Assembly (NCBI GenBank): GCA_001687465.1
Contig: LVLI01000172.1
Location: forward strand, 62,001-126,000
DNA from: Halocafeteria seosinensis
Lineage: Eukaryota
DNA: 64,000 nt
Direction: 5' to 3'
The notes under the pieces are model-generated. The model worked only from the letters and a program-made list of their open reading frames with translations, searched no databases and was not told the origin of the DNA. This document shows, piece after piece, positions 24,219 through 35,500 of this stretch. Numbering within the stretch: position 1 is the first letter of the stretch; each line of letters opens with the position of its first letter. The position numbers were made by a program, and so were the translations under genes.

Positions 24219-25614
24219 TTACGATTGGAGAGAATGTCCGGAACCTGTGGCAGCAGATCCGCCACCACCAGAGGCAGGTCCTGATGCCTCCTCTTCGTCG
24301 TCCTCAACCTCCAAAGGTTCTACAAAGAGAGCCGCCTGAGAAGGTACTTCAGCTTCAGCGATCGTAACATCCCAGCCAGGGTCTTCTCTCGTCCATTTAC
24401 GCTTTGGAAAGTTATTAGAGAATTCTACATCTCCTGCTAAAACGCCGCACTGGTTCAAGATCGCCAAGCTATAGTCTCGCATCAGCTGCAGTCGCTCGTG
24501 TTGTCTAAATCGCCTTCCCAATCTACTGCCGTTAGGAAGGGTAAAGCGTAGGCTAATCGTCGATCCTTCAGACTTATCAGGTTCTGGATGCTCTACCACT
24601 CTTTGATGAGCTTTTTCAACTTCGTTGCGTTTCGCCTGCATCCATGAAATGAGGTAACTTGATGAAGTCGGCAGAAACGCTTCTGTCCAGAATGTACTTA
24701 CGTCTATGCGGGACTGCTTTTGGGCCTCCTCTAATTGCTTCCTTTCCTCTTGCTCTTGTTTTTGCCGCTCGCGTTCTTTATCTCGCTCCAACGCCTCCAT
24801 ATATCTTCTGTTTTGCTCTTCCCGGATAGTTCTGTCATGCTCCATTGCTATCTGTTCCGCCCGCATCGATTCTAGCGCTGGCCTGGCACTATTTATTGCC
24901 CTTTGTATCACATCTACTAGTTGTTCCTTTGTTAAAAGGCCTTCATTAGACACCATTCTGTTGAAACTAGAATTACCGGAAGGGCGATAAACACCAACGA
25001 AAGGGAAGGAATTTACAGCGAACTCGTGCATTGCCATGAACCCTTGCGGGCTCATAACATCACCACCCCAAATGGCACAATTCTCTTGTTCCAGAACATT
25101 ACGCACCGCCTCCGTACATAGAGTATTTCTGCGTTATACAAAGAACCGAAAATGAGTACTACAACCGGAGACAAGACCCACTGGCAACACCTGCTACGTA
25201 CCTGCAAAACTCCTCCGTATCCTGATGCTCGGAGGAATGCAAATAAACAACAAGAATTTGAAAATTGTCTCGGGCCTGCGTAAGAGCATTTTTGTATGAC
25301 GTCTCCAAGAACTCAGGGCAATTTCGGCCATATTGCGTGTTCATCATCTGCCGAAATTGCCGTGCTTCAGCTTCAGGGTGCAAGGGGCTACCTCCGTTGG
25401 ACGAAAAAATCGAGTTCCATAGGGACGAGAGCATGCTAGTCTGTGTGTGATCCTCTGATCCTGCGTTGCGTCTTTGCGCATCATCAGCTGTAGTGTTCGT
25501 AGCATTTGGGCTTCCACTGGACTCCGAGGATGCATGACGTCGGCTTTTCGGCGAGTTGTGTCCCCCGTTATTATTATCCGAAGGGATATTTGAGTTCACA
25601 GCGGCCGCTGCCAT
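24219..25614 (-). CDS. UBX-domain p97/Cdc48 adaptor (FAF1/FAF2-like: UAS + coiled coil + UBX), multi-exon
   Basis: UAS motif LVVYLHSSEHQDTEEFCR; coil IREEQNRRYMEALERDKER; UBX motif LRFTLPNGSRLGRRF...NNFPKR. Confidence 0.85.
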
Positions 25615-26037
25615 TTTGTTGAGTATTGATCAGGAGTTCAACGATTACACTGAAATATCAATCATGGAGAATAAGGCCCATTGAAGGCTCATAAAACTGG
25701 TCTGCTGAGCTTGGAAGGCAAACAAATCTTTCACTTTCTATTTCTCGTGAGAAGCAGCAAACCAACCAATTACGGTAAACTCCTCTCCGCTGTGCGAAAT
25801 GCAGACAACATTGGTAATGTTCGATGCCTCTTTCGTTTCCTTGCATTGTGGCTCATATCATGAGTTATATGGCTTTCCCCAGTCCCGATTCACAGCTTCA
25901 ACTTCCATGGAGGGACCCTCAGGGACCACTATTACGGCATTCTAGGGATTGATAGCGTGATATCTCTGTTGTGGTGGTGGTGACACAGTATCGGTTTGAG
26001 CAGTTTTGACTAGGAAAAAAGGAACAGCGCAATAGAA

Positions 26038-26613
26038 ATGGTGGTGGGAGCTCCTGTGGCCCTGCTGGCCTACAGTCGCCGGGCTCGAGACTTTGTCAAG
26101 GCCAATAAACAAGGGTTTTACAACCTGTTCATGGGGACTATGGCGTGTCTAATGTGTCTCAGGAACATCAAGTATCAGTATAACATCTCGACTCTCCAGA
26201 AAAAGTTGGATGAAAAGGATGGAGAGATCCAGTACTTATATGACTCCTTATGTTCAGAGCAGGGAACTCGGTGGATTATGGAGCAATTACTATCAAGAAA
26301 TAAAGAGGAAGATGTCAAATATGTATTTCAGTCGTTATTTAAGGCCGCCCAAACGGAAGCTAAACTGCGCCACCAAACAAAGATAGAAAAGGGGAACTCA
26401 ACCAAGGCCACAGAGGGTAGTAGCGAAGAAGAGGATCAACTGATGGAAGCTCTTGGAGAAGGCATGAGACAGGGAGGCCAAGCATCGCAATCTAATTTAC
26501 AGTCTTCCTCCTCAACACATACAGTAAACGACACTCGTGATAGTCAGGCTGCTGCCAAGTCAGAGAAGACAGATGAAAAGAAATCTTTGAACAACTACAA
26601 AGGGTGGCTGTAA
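26038..26613 (+). CDS. Hypothetical protein with hydrophobic segment and coiled coil (191 aa)
   Basis: Intronless ORF with an ATG in good context, filling the gap between two genes. Confidence 0.55.
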   Translation: MVVGAPVALLAYSRRARDFVKANKQGFYNLFMGTMACLMCLRNIKYQYNISTLQKKLDEKDGEIQYLYDSLCSEQGTRWIMEQLLSRNKEEDVKYVFQSLFKAAQTEAKLRHQTKIEKGNSTKATEGSSEEEDQLMEALGEGMRQGGQASQSNLQSSSSTHTVNDTRDSQAAAKSEKTDEKKSLNNYKGWL

Positions 26614-26631
26614 TGGCCGACGAAGATTTAA

Positions 26632-29145
26632 CTACTCCATTAGCGTGTCCTCTTCCATGCTCCAGCGAGTCATACGATATGAATTCGGGTTTTCTTTCGA
26701 AAAATCGTCATGACCTTGACGATCGGAATGTGCCCCTCGAAGTTGAACGGCGCCTTGATACAAGTCTTCAGAGTTGCCGAAAGACCTCCCATGGAAGTAG
26801 CCTGCACGATTATCTTCAACAATAGTTGCAACATCCTTTCCGTATCTATCAGTGTCGTAAGATGTACCACTCTTGTTGTGAAGTATTGCCGCCGCTCCAC
26901 TATTGACGGGTGCGCCAAATGCATAGCGCAATTGGTTTCGGTTGGATTGCGAGTCCCCCCATGGATCGTGCCTTACTGGACCACGGTCACTTTGGCTTCC
27001 CCCAGTAATATTGACCACGGTTTGGACTGGTGAGTTTGGCAACCCAGCCCTAGTGTTTCGAATGTGCTCAGGAGCCGAAGGGAGAGGCTTGTTGGGAGGG
27101 CGACTACGGGGTCCACTACTGGGACTAGGACTCGAGTTCGTCAAACTTGGGGACCTGCAGTGATCGGAATTGCGACCGAAGTCAAAGTCATTGCTTCCAT
27201 GGGAAAGCGGTGTCGGCGACGTATCCGCCGGTGTCTCCAGGACCATGTCGCAGCTCCCGGCGGTGGAAGCCGTAGACCTCTCAGAGTGATACGCGTTGGC
27301 CCATAAACGGGAGGTGTCTGCAGTGGCCCATGCATTGGTGTGTTCAGTGTTCCCACCGGGTACTGAAGAGAAGTTGACATTATGCTCCTCGTTGTCCCCT
27401 ATTTGCGCTAAAATATTTGCCAGTCGATCACCGTTGGTACTTGGGTTCGTCTGATCTTCTTTTACTTTATCCAGTGCTCCTTTCACACTCTCTTGTGCGG
27501 CTCGCCAATAATGAGAATTCGCTTCTTGATCGATTGCCGAGTCGACGGAGTTGTAGAAGGTGGCCGATCCCTGCTGTTGATTCTGTTCCCTTGATATTTC
27601 CTGAGATACTTGTTCAGATTCTCTATCCATGTCGAGATCTTCACTATCTGTGCTCTCCTCGTCGCTGGTTGTACCGCTCTCATCCCACGGTTCATCGCTG
27701 CACAGAATTTCGGCAAACTTTGTTTTCAACTCTTCCACCCCGAGGGTGGACAAGCGCGCTCCTACACGGAACGTGTGTATGGCATCAAACTCGTGAATGT
27801 GCTTCCGAGAAGTTCTCACTCGTTTAAGAAACTCATGCCGCAAACATTCTTCTACTGTAATCCGTTGTGTTGGATTGAAGACAAGCATGCGCTTTAGTAA
27901 GTCTAAGACTGGACTCCTTATGTGAGGAAATAGCTCGCGAAAGTCCTTTCGCTCGTATTCCGGCATGGATAAAATGAACGCTCTAGCTTCTTTATCTTCG
28001 ATGAAATCCAAATCCTTGGCTGAAGGCTTGCCGGTTACTTTCGCGATGAGGTGCAGCTGATGCAAATAGTCCTTTCCAGGAAAAAGAGGTTTCCGTTGGA
28101 GCATCTCTGCCAGGATGCATCCAGCCGCCCACACGTCAATGGCGCCTGTGTATCGCCCTTTGCTGAGCAATACTTCCGGTGCACGATACCAGCGTGTTAC
28201 AACGTACTCAGTAAGTGCGGTGGACAGCGTGACATCCGTTTCGCGTGCTAATCCAAAATCACACACTTTCAAGGAACAATCTCCGTTTACCAACAGATTG
28301 CTGGGTTTTAAGTCACGGTGAAGAACTCGCGCGCTGTGCAAGTGTTTAAGCGCACATAGTATCTGATAGATAAAGTAGGAAATGTGATCGGAAGTGAGCG
28401 CCTGAGGTCCGTGAATAACTCTGTGTAGGTCTGTTTCCATAAGCTCTGAAACAATGTATATACCCGCAGTCCGAATATCTTTTTTCGGGGGCAGTACATC
28501 CAGCAGGCGAATGATGTTAGGGTGTCCCACAAAGTGCTTCATGACTTTAATCTCTCTGTATAGCCTTCTGGCGTCCATTGTGCTGGTGAAGGCGTTTACG
28601 ATATGCTTTACGGCTACTTTCGTTCCCGAGCTATCCTTGGCGAGGTAAACCGCTCCAAAGCCTCCTTTTCCAATGCAACGGATCAGCTCATAGTTCTTCC
28701 CTTTATCGCTGTATTTCTCTAATACAGCTTGAGCTTGCCCGATTTCGTTAGGATAAATGTTTGTAATTTTTTCTCGATTCTCGTGGGGCTTTCGCGTGCC
28801 ATCTGCTGCTCTGCTTTGCTGAGTTTGAGTAGGAGCCTTGGGGAGTGCTTTCCGTGGAGGTGGTGAAGTTGGGCCAGTGCTTTGTTGGTCCTGAGCACGG
28901 ACTAGAGAGCTTTTTCGGGGTTTCTTTTTCTCATTCAGTTGATAAGAGCTATCGGGACTCTCTCCCTGATTACTGTTGTTTTCTCCCGTCGCCCTACTAG
29001 CATCATTTTCATCGTTCCGGGAAGCATGCTTATTTTTTGGGGGTTTCTTTCTGCTTTGTACCACTTTAGTTGAACCTTGATAGGCTGAATCTTGCTCCTC
29101 TGGCTGAGGAGTAGGCTGTACAGCCTTCACCTGGGCGTTTCCCAT
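26632..29145 (-). CDS. Mitogen-activated protein kinase (TEY type) with long disordered N- and C-terminal extensions, intronless
   Basis: GKGGFGAV, VAVKHI, HRDLKPSNLL, CDFGLAR and TEYVVTRWYRAPE. The first ATG gives MGNAQV. Confidence 0.95.
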   Translation of the reverse strand: MGNAQVKAVQPTPQPEEQDSAYQGSTKVVQSRKKPPKNKHASRNDENDASRATGENNSNQGESPDSSYQLNEKKKPRKSSLVRAQDQQSTGPTSPPPRKALPKAPTQTQQSRAADGTRKPHENREKITNIYPNEIGQAQAVLEKYSDKGKNYELIRCIGKGGFGAVYLAKDSSGTKVAVKHIVNAFTSTMDARRLYREIKVMKHFVGHPNIIRLLDVLPPKKDIRTAGIYIVSELMETDLHRVIHGPQALTSDHISYFIYQILCALKHLHSARVLHRDLKPSNLLVNGDCSLKVCDFGLARETDVTLSTALTEYVVTRWYRAPEVLLSKGRYTGAIDVWAAGCILAEMLQRKPLFPGKDYLHQLHLIAKVTGKPSAKDLDFIEDKEARAFILSMPEYERKDFRELFPHIRSPVLDLLKRMLVFNPTQRITVEECLRHEFLKRVRTSRKHIHEFDAIHTFRVGARLSTLGVEELKTKFAEILCSDEPWDESGTTSDEESTDSEDLDMDRESEQVSQEISREQNQQQGSATFYNSVDSAIDQEANSHYWRAAQESVKGALDKVKEDQTNPSTNGDRLANILAQIGDNEEHNVNFSSVPGGNTEHTNAWATADTSRLWANAYHSERSTASTAGSCDMVLETPADTSPTPLSHGSNDFDFGRNSDHCRSPSLTNSSPSPSSGPRSRPPNKPLPSAPEHIRNTRAGLPNSPVQTVVNITGGSQSDRGPVRHDPWGDSQSNRNQLRYAFGAPVNSGAAAILHNKSGTSYDTDRYGKDVATIVEDNRAGYFHGRSFGNSEDLYQGAVQLRGAHSDRQGHDDFSKENPNSYRMTRWSMEEDTLME

Positions 29146-29613
29146 GGTACATAGAGACACGCAGAACTAGACAAAATGATCGATCCCTCAATGGAGCGAG
29201 ACGTGAAAGGCAACTGTAGAGCGTCTCCAAAGCACGCTTTGCAGCGTGTGTCCTGTATGGAACTTCGATTCAAGGCTCTAACTGTTGTGTGAATTGTCTA
29301 CTAAAATAGCAGTTTTACACAAAGACATTGACTGCCATGAGCGTGCATGGATTATCAAACTTGCTTTGGGAGCATTGTAATCGCCTTATTGGACGTGGAT
29401 GCCTTAGATTCAACTTTGGGCCTTGTGGACAAGTTGTGGCGGAATCCGTTACTGAGACTGGCGCATTCAACCTACCTCGTCATTTTGTAGCCCGTTGCTC
29501 ACTTTTCCCAAAGTTTGATTCGTTATATAGGGGCTCTTTGAGTGTATGCCCATACGACGAAGTCGTACGTAAATAGTATTTCTTGGGCGACATGCGTGCG
29601 TAAGATAGAGAGC

Positions 29614-32538
29614 ATGGGAAGCAGAGATAGGAGGTATCGGTCGTATACCGATACTATCGGCAGTACACTGCGTCTGCATGGGGATCTTCGGGATAATGAA
29701 GCAGAAGTCAAACATCTTCAGGGCATGGGGGCCATCGAATCCGCAGACCAAGAGAAGCCAGACATCTCCGTGGACTTTAAGAGATGGAATATGCACACTT
29801 TGGCAGGAAAGTATCATACATTTCATATTAAGAACAAATACCCCATTCCCGGAGCTGCTATAGCGGATGACTTCTACAGAAAGCATCAGATAGATGACAC
29901 GACCAAAGTACTTGAACGGCTTCGAGATGAAGACACTGTTATCGCTCGAAAAATCGACTCGAAGGTGCAGGTGCACGAGATGACGGAGTTGTCAATGCCA
30001 CAACCTCATTGGATGACAGTAGCAGAACAAACGGAAAAGGTTCTTCAAGATAGACAAAAGCGCTACGAAAGCATAATTGACAGGAAGACCGAATTCATCG
30101 GAGAGCCAAAACTAGTGGCCAGAGTGTTTACTTTGATCAAAGAGAGGAATATCGAGGAAGTAAAGACTCTGTTGACGCAAGGAGAACTCAATGTTAATAT
30201 GTGTGATGAACGTATGCATACAACCTTACTAATGCAAGCATGCAGTGCAGGAGTTCTGCCGCTGGTTGAGGTAAGCAGTTTGGTGCATTCTAGATTACTA
30301 AAACACTGACAGCTAAACCTGCTGCTGCAGATATTCTTACAATTTGGAGCGGATCCTGATTTAGTGAATATTTCAGGGAACTGCGCGCTGCATTTTTCGT
30401 GGGATTCCTGGCTTCAGGTAAATCCACACTTGCCACGGAAAAAATATCAATATAAGGTGGTTTGCAAAATCGTAGAATTATTGGCAAGTTTCGGTGCTAA
30501 TCCTAATATACAGCAATGCGACGGATGGTCGCCGCTGCATTTCGCGGCAATGTATGGACACGAAGAAGCAATTCTTACTTTGCTGAGAACAGGAGCAGAT
30601 GTCACAATCAAGGACGACGATGGAAGAGATGCTCCCGGAATTGCATCCACATTAGTTGAACGGGGATTTGGAAATCCGAAGAAGAGAGAAGCTGCCATTG
30701 GGCTGTTGAACAATTGGCAAGTTATCCAAAAAGAACAGGAGATACGCAACTTTCGCTTAGCTTGGCAGCTGACGTTAGAGAAAAACATACGGGAAATAAA
30801 ACATGCTAACGACATTTCACAGAGAGAAACACAAGTTGGATCTCCTCCCAAAGCCGGTTCAATAGACTTGATGTCGCGCGAAGGAGCTGGAGGACCTGTT
30901 TTCGTTGCTCATCGCGACGCTGATGAGCGGATGTGGGGAGAGAGTACCAACATCAAGCAAATGTTCAAAGATTTTGAGCTAAATCGCAAACTAAAAGGTT
31001 TAGAACATAAAGAAGGTCTGAAAGTAAGCGAGTACAACAAAACACTTCCTGTCCTGCCAAATCAGCAGCAACGGAGGTACGAGCAGGAAACTCGAGAAGT
31101 AGTCTCCTTTGATATTACGTCAGCTTCACCAGGTAGAATGGGCTCTCGCAAAAATACGAAATCGAGTTCAAAAATGCATGATCCGACAATAGAGGACGAA
31201 GAAGTCCAAAAGAGAAGAGCTAGGGCTCAGTGGAAAGAGCACTCTACCTCGACTGCTCCGTCTACAAATGAACTGGTTCGCAGACAAGCCAATGAGGCGG
31301 CCAACATGCTAGCTAGTCAAAATAAAGTAATCAGCGCTGTTAACATGGCAGAGAACGAGTCAGAGAAAGATATTATGAAAAAAGTAAATTTGATGGAAGA
31401 AACCCAGGATGCAATGGAACGCCACCACAAGAAGCAGAAAGCTCAGCTCAAGGAACTTGAACAAGCTAGCGAACAAGTGTCAATAGAAGCTGTTGAAAAG
31501 GATGCAAGCATTCCGAAGAGCCACAGAAATGCTTTCGTTGCTGTTCGCGGTTTATCGAACAGACTAAAGAACGGGGCGAGGAATGTGCTAGAAGACACGT
31601 ATGGCTCTGAAGTTTCCAAGAACATCATGGAGATGACAACAGGTGAAGTGTATCAGCGGAGAAAAACGCAAAATTCCATCCTAAGAAAACCTTGGAGATA
31701 CAGATGTGACCATCGAACGAAAATAGGCTTACCAAATGAGCCAGTGGAAGGATCCATTCCGGGTGTCTCTGCAAATGCCCGAGAAAAAATTAAAGCAGCC
31801 CGACAGGAGAAAGCAGAAAAAGAAGCCGCCTTGGAGGTCGATAACGCCAGTCTCCGCGTTGTACCGCCCGAAGACAACGTTCGCCGAAAGAAACAAACGA
31901 CTCAAGACGATGCTGTCAACAGTGATAGTTTATCCTCCATGGTAGGGGCATATTCCCTGGAGCATAAACGGATGATGGACGGGGAGTTCAAGAAGAAGTC
32001 AATGGATAGTGCGCTGTTACCCTATGAAGGAGACAAAGACCAGCAACAGCTGAAAAAATCAGCAGAAGAGCGCAGCAGGGCATTGCAATCGCTTGGGTCA
32101 GGGTCTAGCGATGTCCCCACTCCATCGGTTGCCTCACAACCATCTGAAACAGCACCACTGAAACGAAAGCCTCCACATGTTCCGAAACTAGTGCCTGCTA
32201 AGCTCCAGGATCAGCTATATGGTGATGCGAGTATGCTGAACGACGAGCCGAGTGCGCTTTCTGCGCAGTCGTTGCATGATCGTGGAGGACTCAAACTCGG
32301 AGAGGGGCAGAGCCTGATGGATCTCGCAAAATTTGACACCGTCGAGTTAACATCGGTAAACCGTGAGGCAGTGACCCCAAATTACGGAAAACGATACGTA
32401 AGGAGGAACACTAAAACGAAGAAGAACTACTACAACCTCGTTCACAAGCAGCCAAAGAAGACAACGGAGATCTTCGGAAAGATTGAAGAACCGTGGGAAT
32501 ATGACGTCTTCAATGCGAAGCTGGGTAACGTCGATTGA
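29614..32538 (+). CDS. Ankyrin-repeat protein with long charged C-terminal region (intron 30271-30330; true start uncertain)
   Basis: Ankyrin motifs TTLLMQAC, GNCALHFS and GWSPLHFAAMYGHEEAILTLLRTGADVTIKD. Confidence 0.75.
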
Positions 32539-35500
32539 CCTCTCCGAGCGTCTGCGCTGTAAGTCGGAACACGGAGATGAACGACCCTCCAGACGTGTCG
32601 TAGAGAAGCCGCTTGTAGCACTGCTTCACCGTTTCAATTGCTTTGGCTCGAGGATCTGTTTTCGTTAGCTTAGTGAGGAGAGACTTCACAAACAGTGTAC
32701 AGCAATCTCTCATCTCAGCGGCCTTGTTTGCTGATTCCTCGCTGGTCTCACTATCAGGTAGCACCTCCTTAAGCTCACTTTGTTCAAACACACGTACACA
32801 TTCAACCAGTCTTTTATGGAGTATGGAACCTAGCGTGTGTAGCGTTCCCATGTCGGCGTTCGACAGAATTCGAGAAAAAAGGCTTTTACACGATCCAAGG
32901 TCGGCATTGGAAGCAAGATCCCGCGCAATCATCAAACGCTCCACAAGTAGGGCCACAACGCAATCTAAAAGAACGGAGTCAATGAAGATACTGGTTGAAC
33001 GGAGCATTATTCCCGCAGTTTCAGGAGATTTGCTTTGCGACATATTTAAAAACATACGCCGACACTTTGTAAAGTATGTACTCGAAAGGCGCAACGCTAC
33101 GAATGCCTTGTTGCTCTGAATGTTCCTTGATGATCCTTCGTTGCCATCGAGAGCTGACCTCAGAAGCGCATAGAAAAAATGCATCCGAGCGACGTGAAAA
33201 TGAGTGGTGAATATCTGCATATCAATATTGGCCCTACAATCTCCTTGAGCGAGGGAAGGGACAGATTCACTGGCCACATTGTGCGCCTGACCTGCGCGCA
33301 CAGTACCTGCCTTGTACAAATCCTCCAGGTGAGATCGTAGTACCTCGTTAACTTGAACGAAACTACCCTCAGCATCCCGAAGAGTTTGAACAGCTCTTAG
33401 CGAGAAGCTCCATATCTGAGATACTGCAAGTATGTAACATTTAAACATGCATTGTAACACTGCATAAATAACATTTCGATCGCCGAATCCATTTGTCGTG
33501 CTGAGCGCTTCCTTTATGATGGATGTTCCAATGTCAATGATCGAAATCTCAATAAACGTATACCTCAAGTCTTCATACAGAGCCGAAGTTATCCCAGAAT
33601 CGTCACTTGTGAAGTCTCGGAGACTCCTTCCTATCAACAGAACAGTATTTACCATGTTGCAACGGACTAAGGCAGAATTGAGGCTATCCCCGCATCTGTC
33701 AAACGCTCTGGCCGCTTCAGCATAGTACCTTAAAGACTCTGTGAGAGACGACTCTCCCAGTACAAGTGCTTCGTCTTCCGGGTGTGTCATCCAGACGTGC
33801 GGTGAACCTGTCTCATGAAACTTTTGCCTACCGTACCGGTTCAGAGCGTCAGCGTACTTTCTGCAGCAACGGACATAGACCGAGTGAAGGTTTGTACCTT
33901 CGCATCTCCACATGACGGCTCGGTAACTGGCTATAACGGACTGAAGAAGACTGTGTTCACTGTCATAGTCGGCGGACCAACACTCGTCCCATCTCGGCAG
34001 AGTGGAGCCGATCATCAGCTTTTGCACTTGAACACAGCAGCGAGATATATAATCATTAGTTTCAGGTTCAAAATCATTTTCGGTTTCAATTGACACAGGA
34101 ATATCCTTTCGAAAATAGGTAAATACGCTTCGCAGAGAATCCAGTTTCGACATCGCCGATTTCTGAAGCTGTGTTTCCACATCGCTTTTCTGATTTAGAA
34201 TGGTAAAGAACATATCGCCGACCAACTCCATAAGCTCAACATCTGCATTCGTCTTCTGCTGGGAATCCGCGGATTTCCTTTGATAGAGCAGCTCTGTAGT
34301 ATCGTTGACTATAACCACAGGAAGTATATCGTCGCATAGAGAAGCGATAGAAATAGACGAGTCAAGATACTCCTTCAACTCCAAAATGGTATCACGAAGT
34401 ACAATAGAAAATTGTTCATCATAAATGATCTTGTTGTCGCCGGCACAGTGATCTGATTCCTCCATCAGCACTCTCGGTAGCTCTAGCATAACCTCACTCT
34501 GCATTTGTGAACAATGAAACAAATCCGGTTGCCCAGTCCCACCCTTCACGAACGATGTATCGTCGAACCGCTCTGCTGCCAGAAACGTTCCTAGCGACTG
34601 GGTCCCGATAATGATAGCATCGTTCAAGGATCGCAATCCCAAACGAGGCATTGATTCCCGTTGCAACGCCCGGGAAATGAGGAGCGCCACCTGGAACACT
34701 TGTTTACGCAGCTTGAGAACTTTCTCCATACAGTCCGATAGTTGCGGTCGACGTAAAACATTTTCAGCTATTTCTGAGGCCACATTTCCGCGTATTCCAC
34801 ATCGGATCTCTTCCTCTTTTGTAGCGACAATCGAAGCAATAGAAGAAGCAATAACATTCCGAACTCCTTCGGCGAACAACTGCAGAGATGCAAATATGTG
34901 CCGCATTGCTTCATTTAGATACTCTACAGATTTCGGCAGTCCATGCCCAGCCGTGTCCGAATCTCCTTGAGTGCTTTGACCCTCAATCAGGAAAATCCCC
35001 GAGCAAAGACGATTCTCAGCCAATTCTTGATGGACTGCCGCGCGCATAAACGCATTTTGCTGACGATTAGATCGACTAATACCGCGGCGGTTCCGTTCAA
35101 TATTATTTTCACCTGATAGGCCGCTATCTGCCCCGATTTTGGGCGGTTGTTGATCCTCGGCGTATTGGGCCTCTTCTTCTAATTCCAACAAAAGGGAACT
35201 GCATCTTCTCAACAGTTCACCCCTCTTGGAATACAGCTGAGAAATATAGTGAGAGGAGACATGTGCGTTGTCCCGTGAGCAATAGATTTCTTGGTCTAGT
35301 TGTTTGGCGAAGCGATAGCACATCATCGCAAGCATATATCGCCACTTCCGCCTCCTGGTAGGATTGGTGGCGTCTGAAGACAGGGTGTACAGTCTGAGTA
35401 CTGATTCATTTGCTTCACGCAGTAACCAGTAGCTGCTGTTATCCTCCGAACAATTCACGCGTAGGAAATCCAGCAGTTCTTTTGCTTGGGCTTTGAACGT

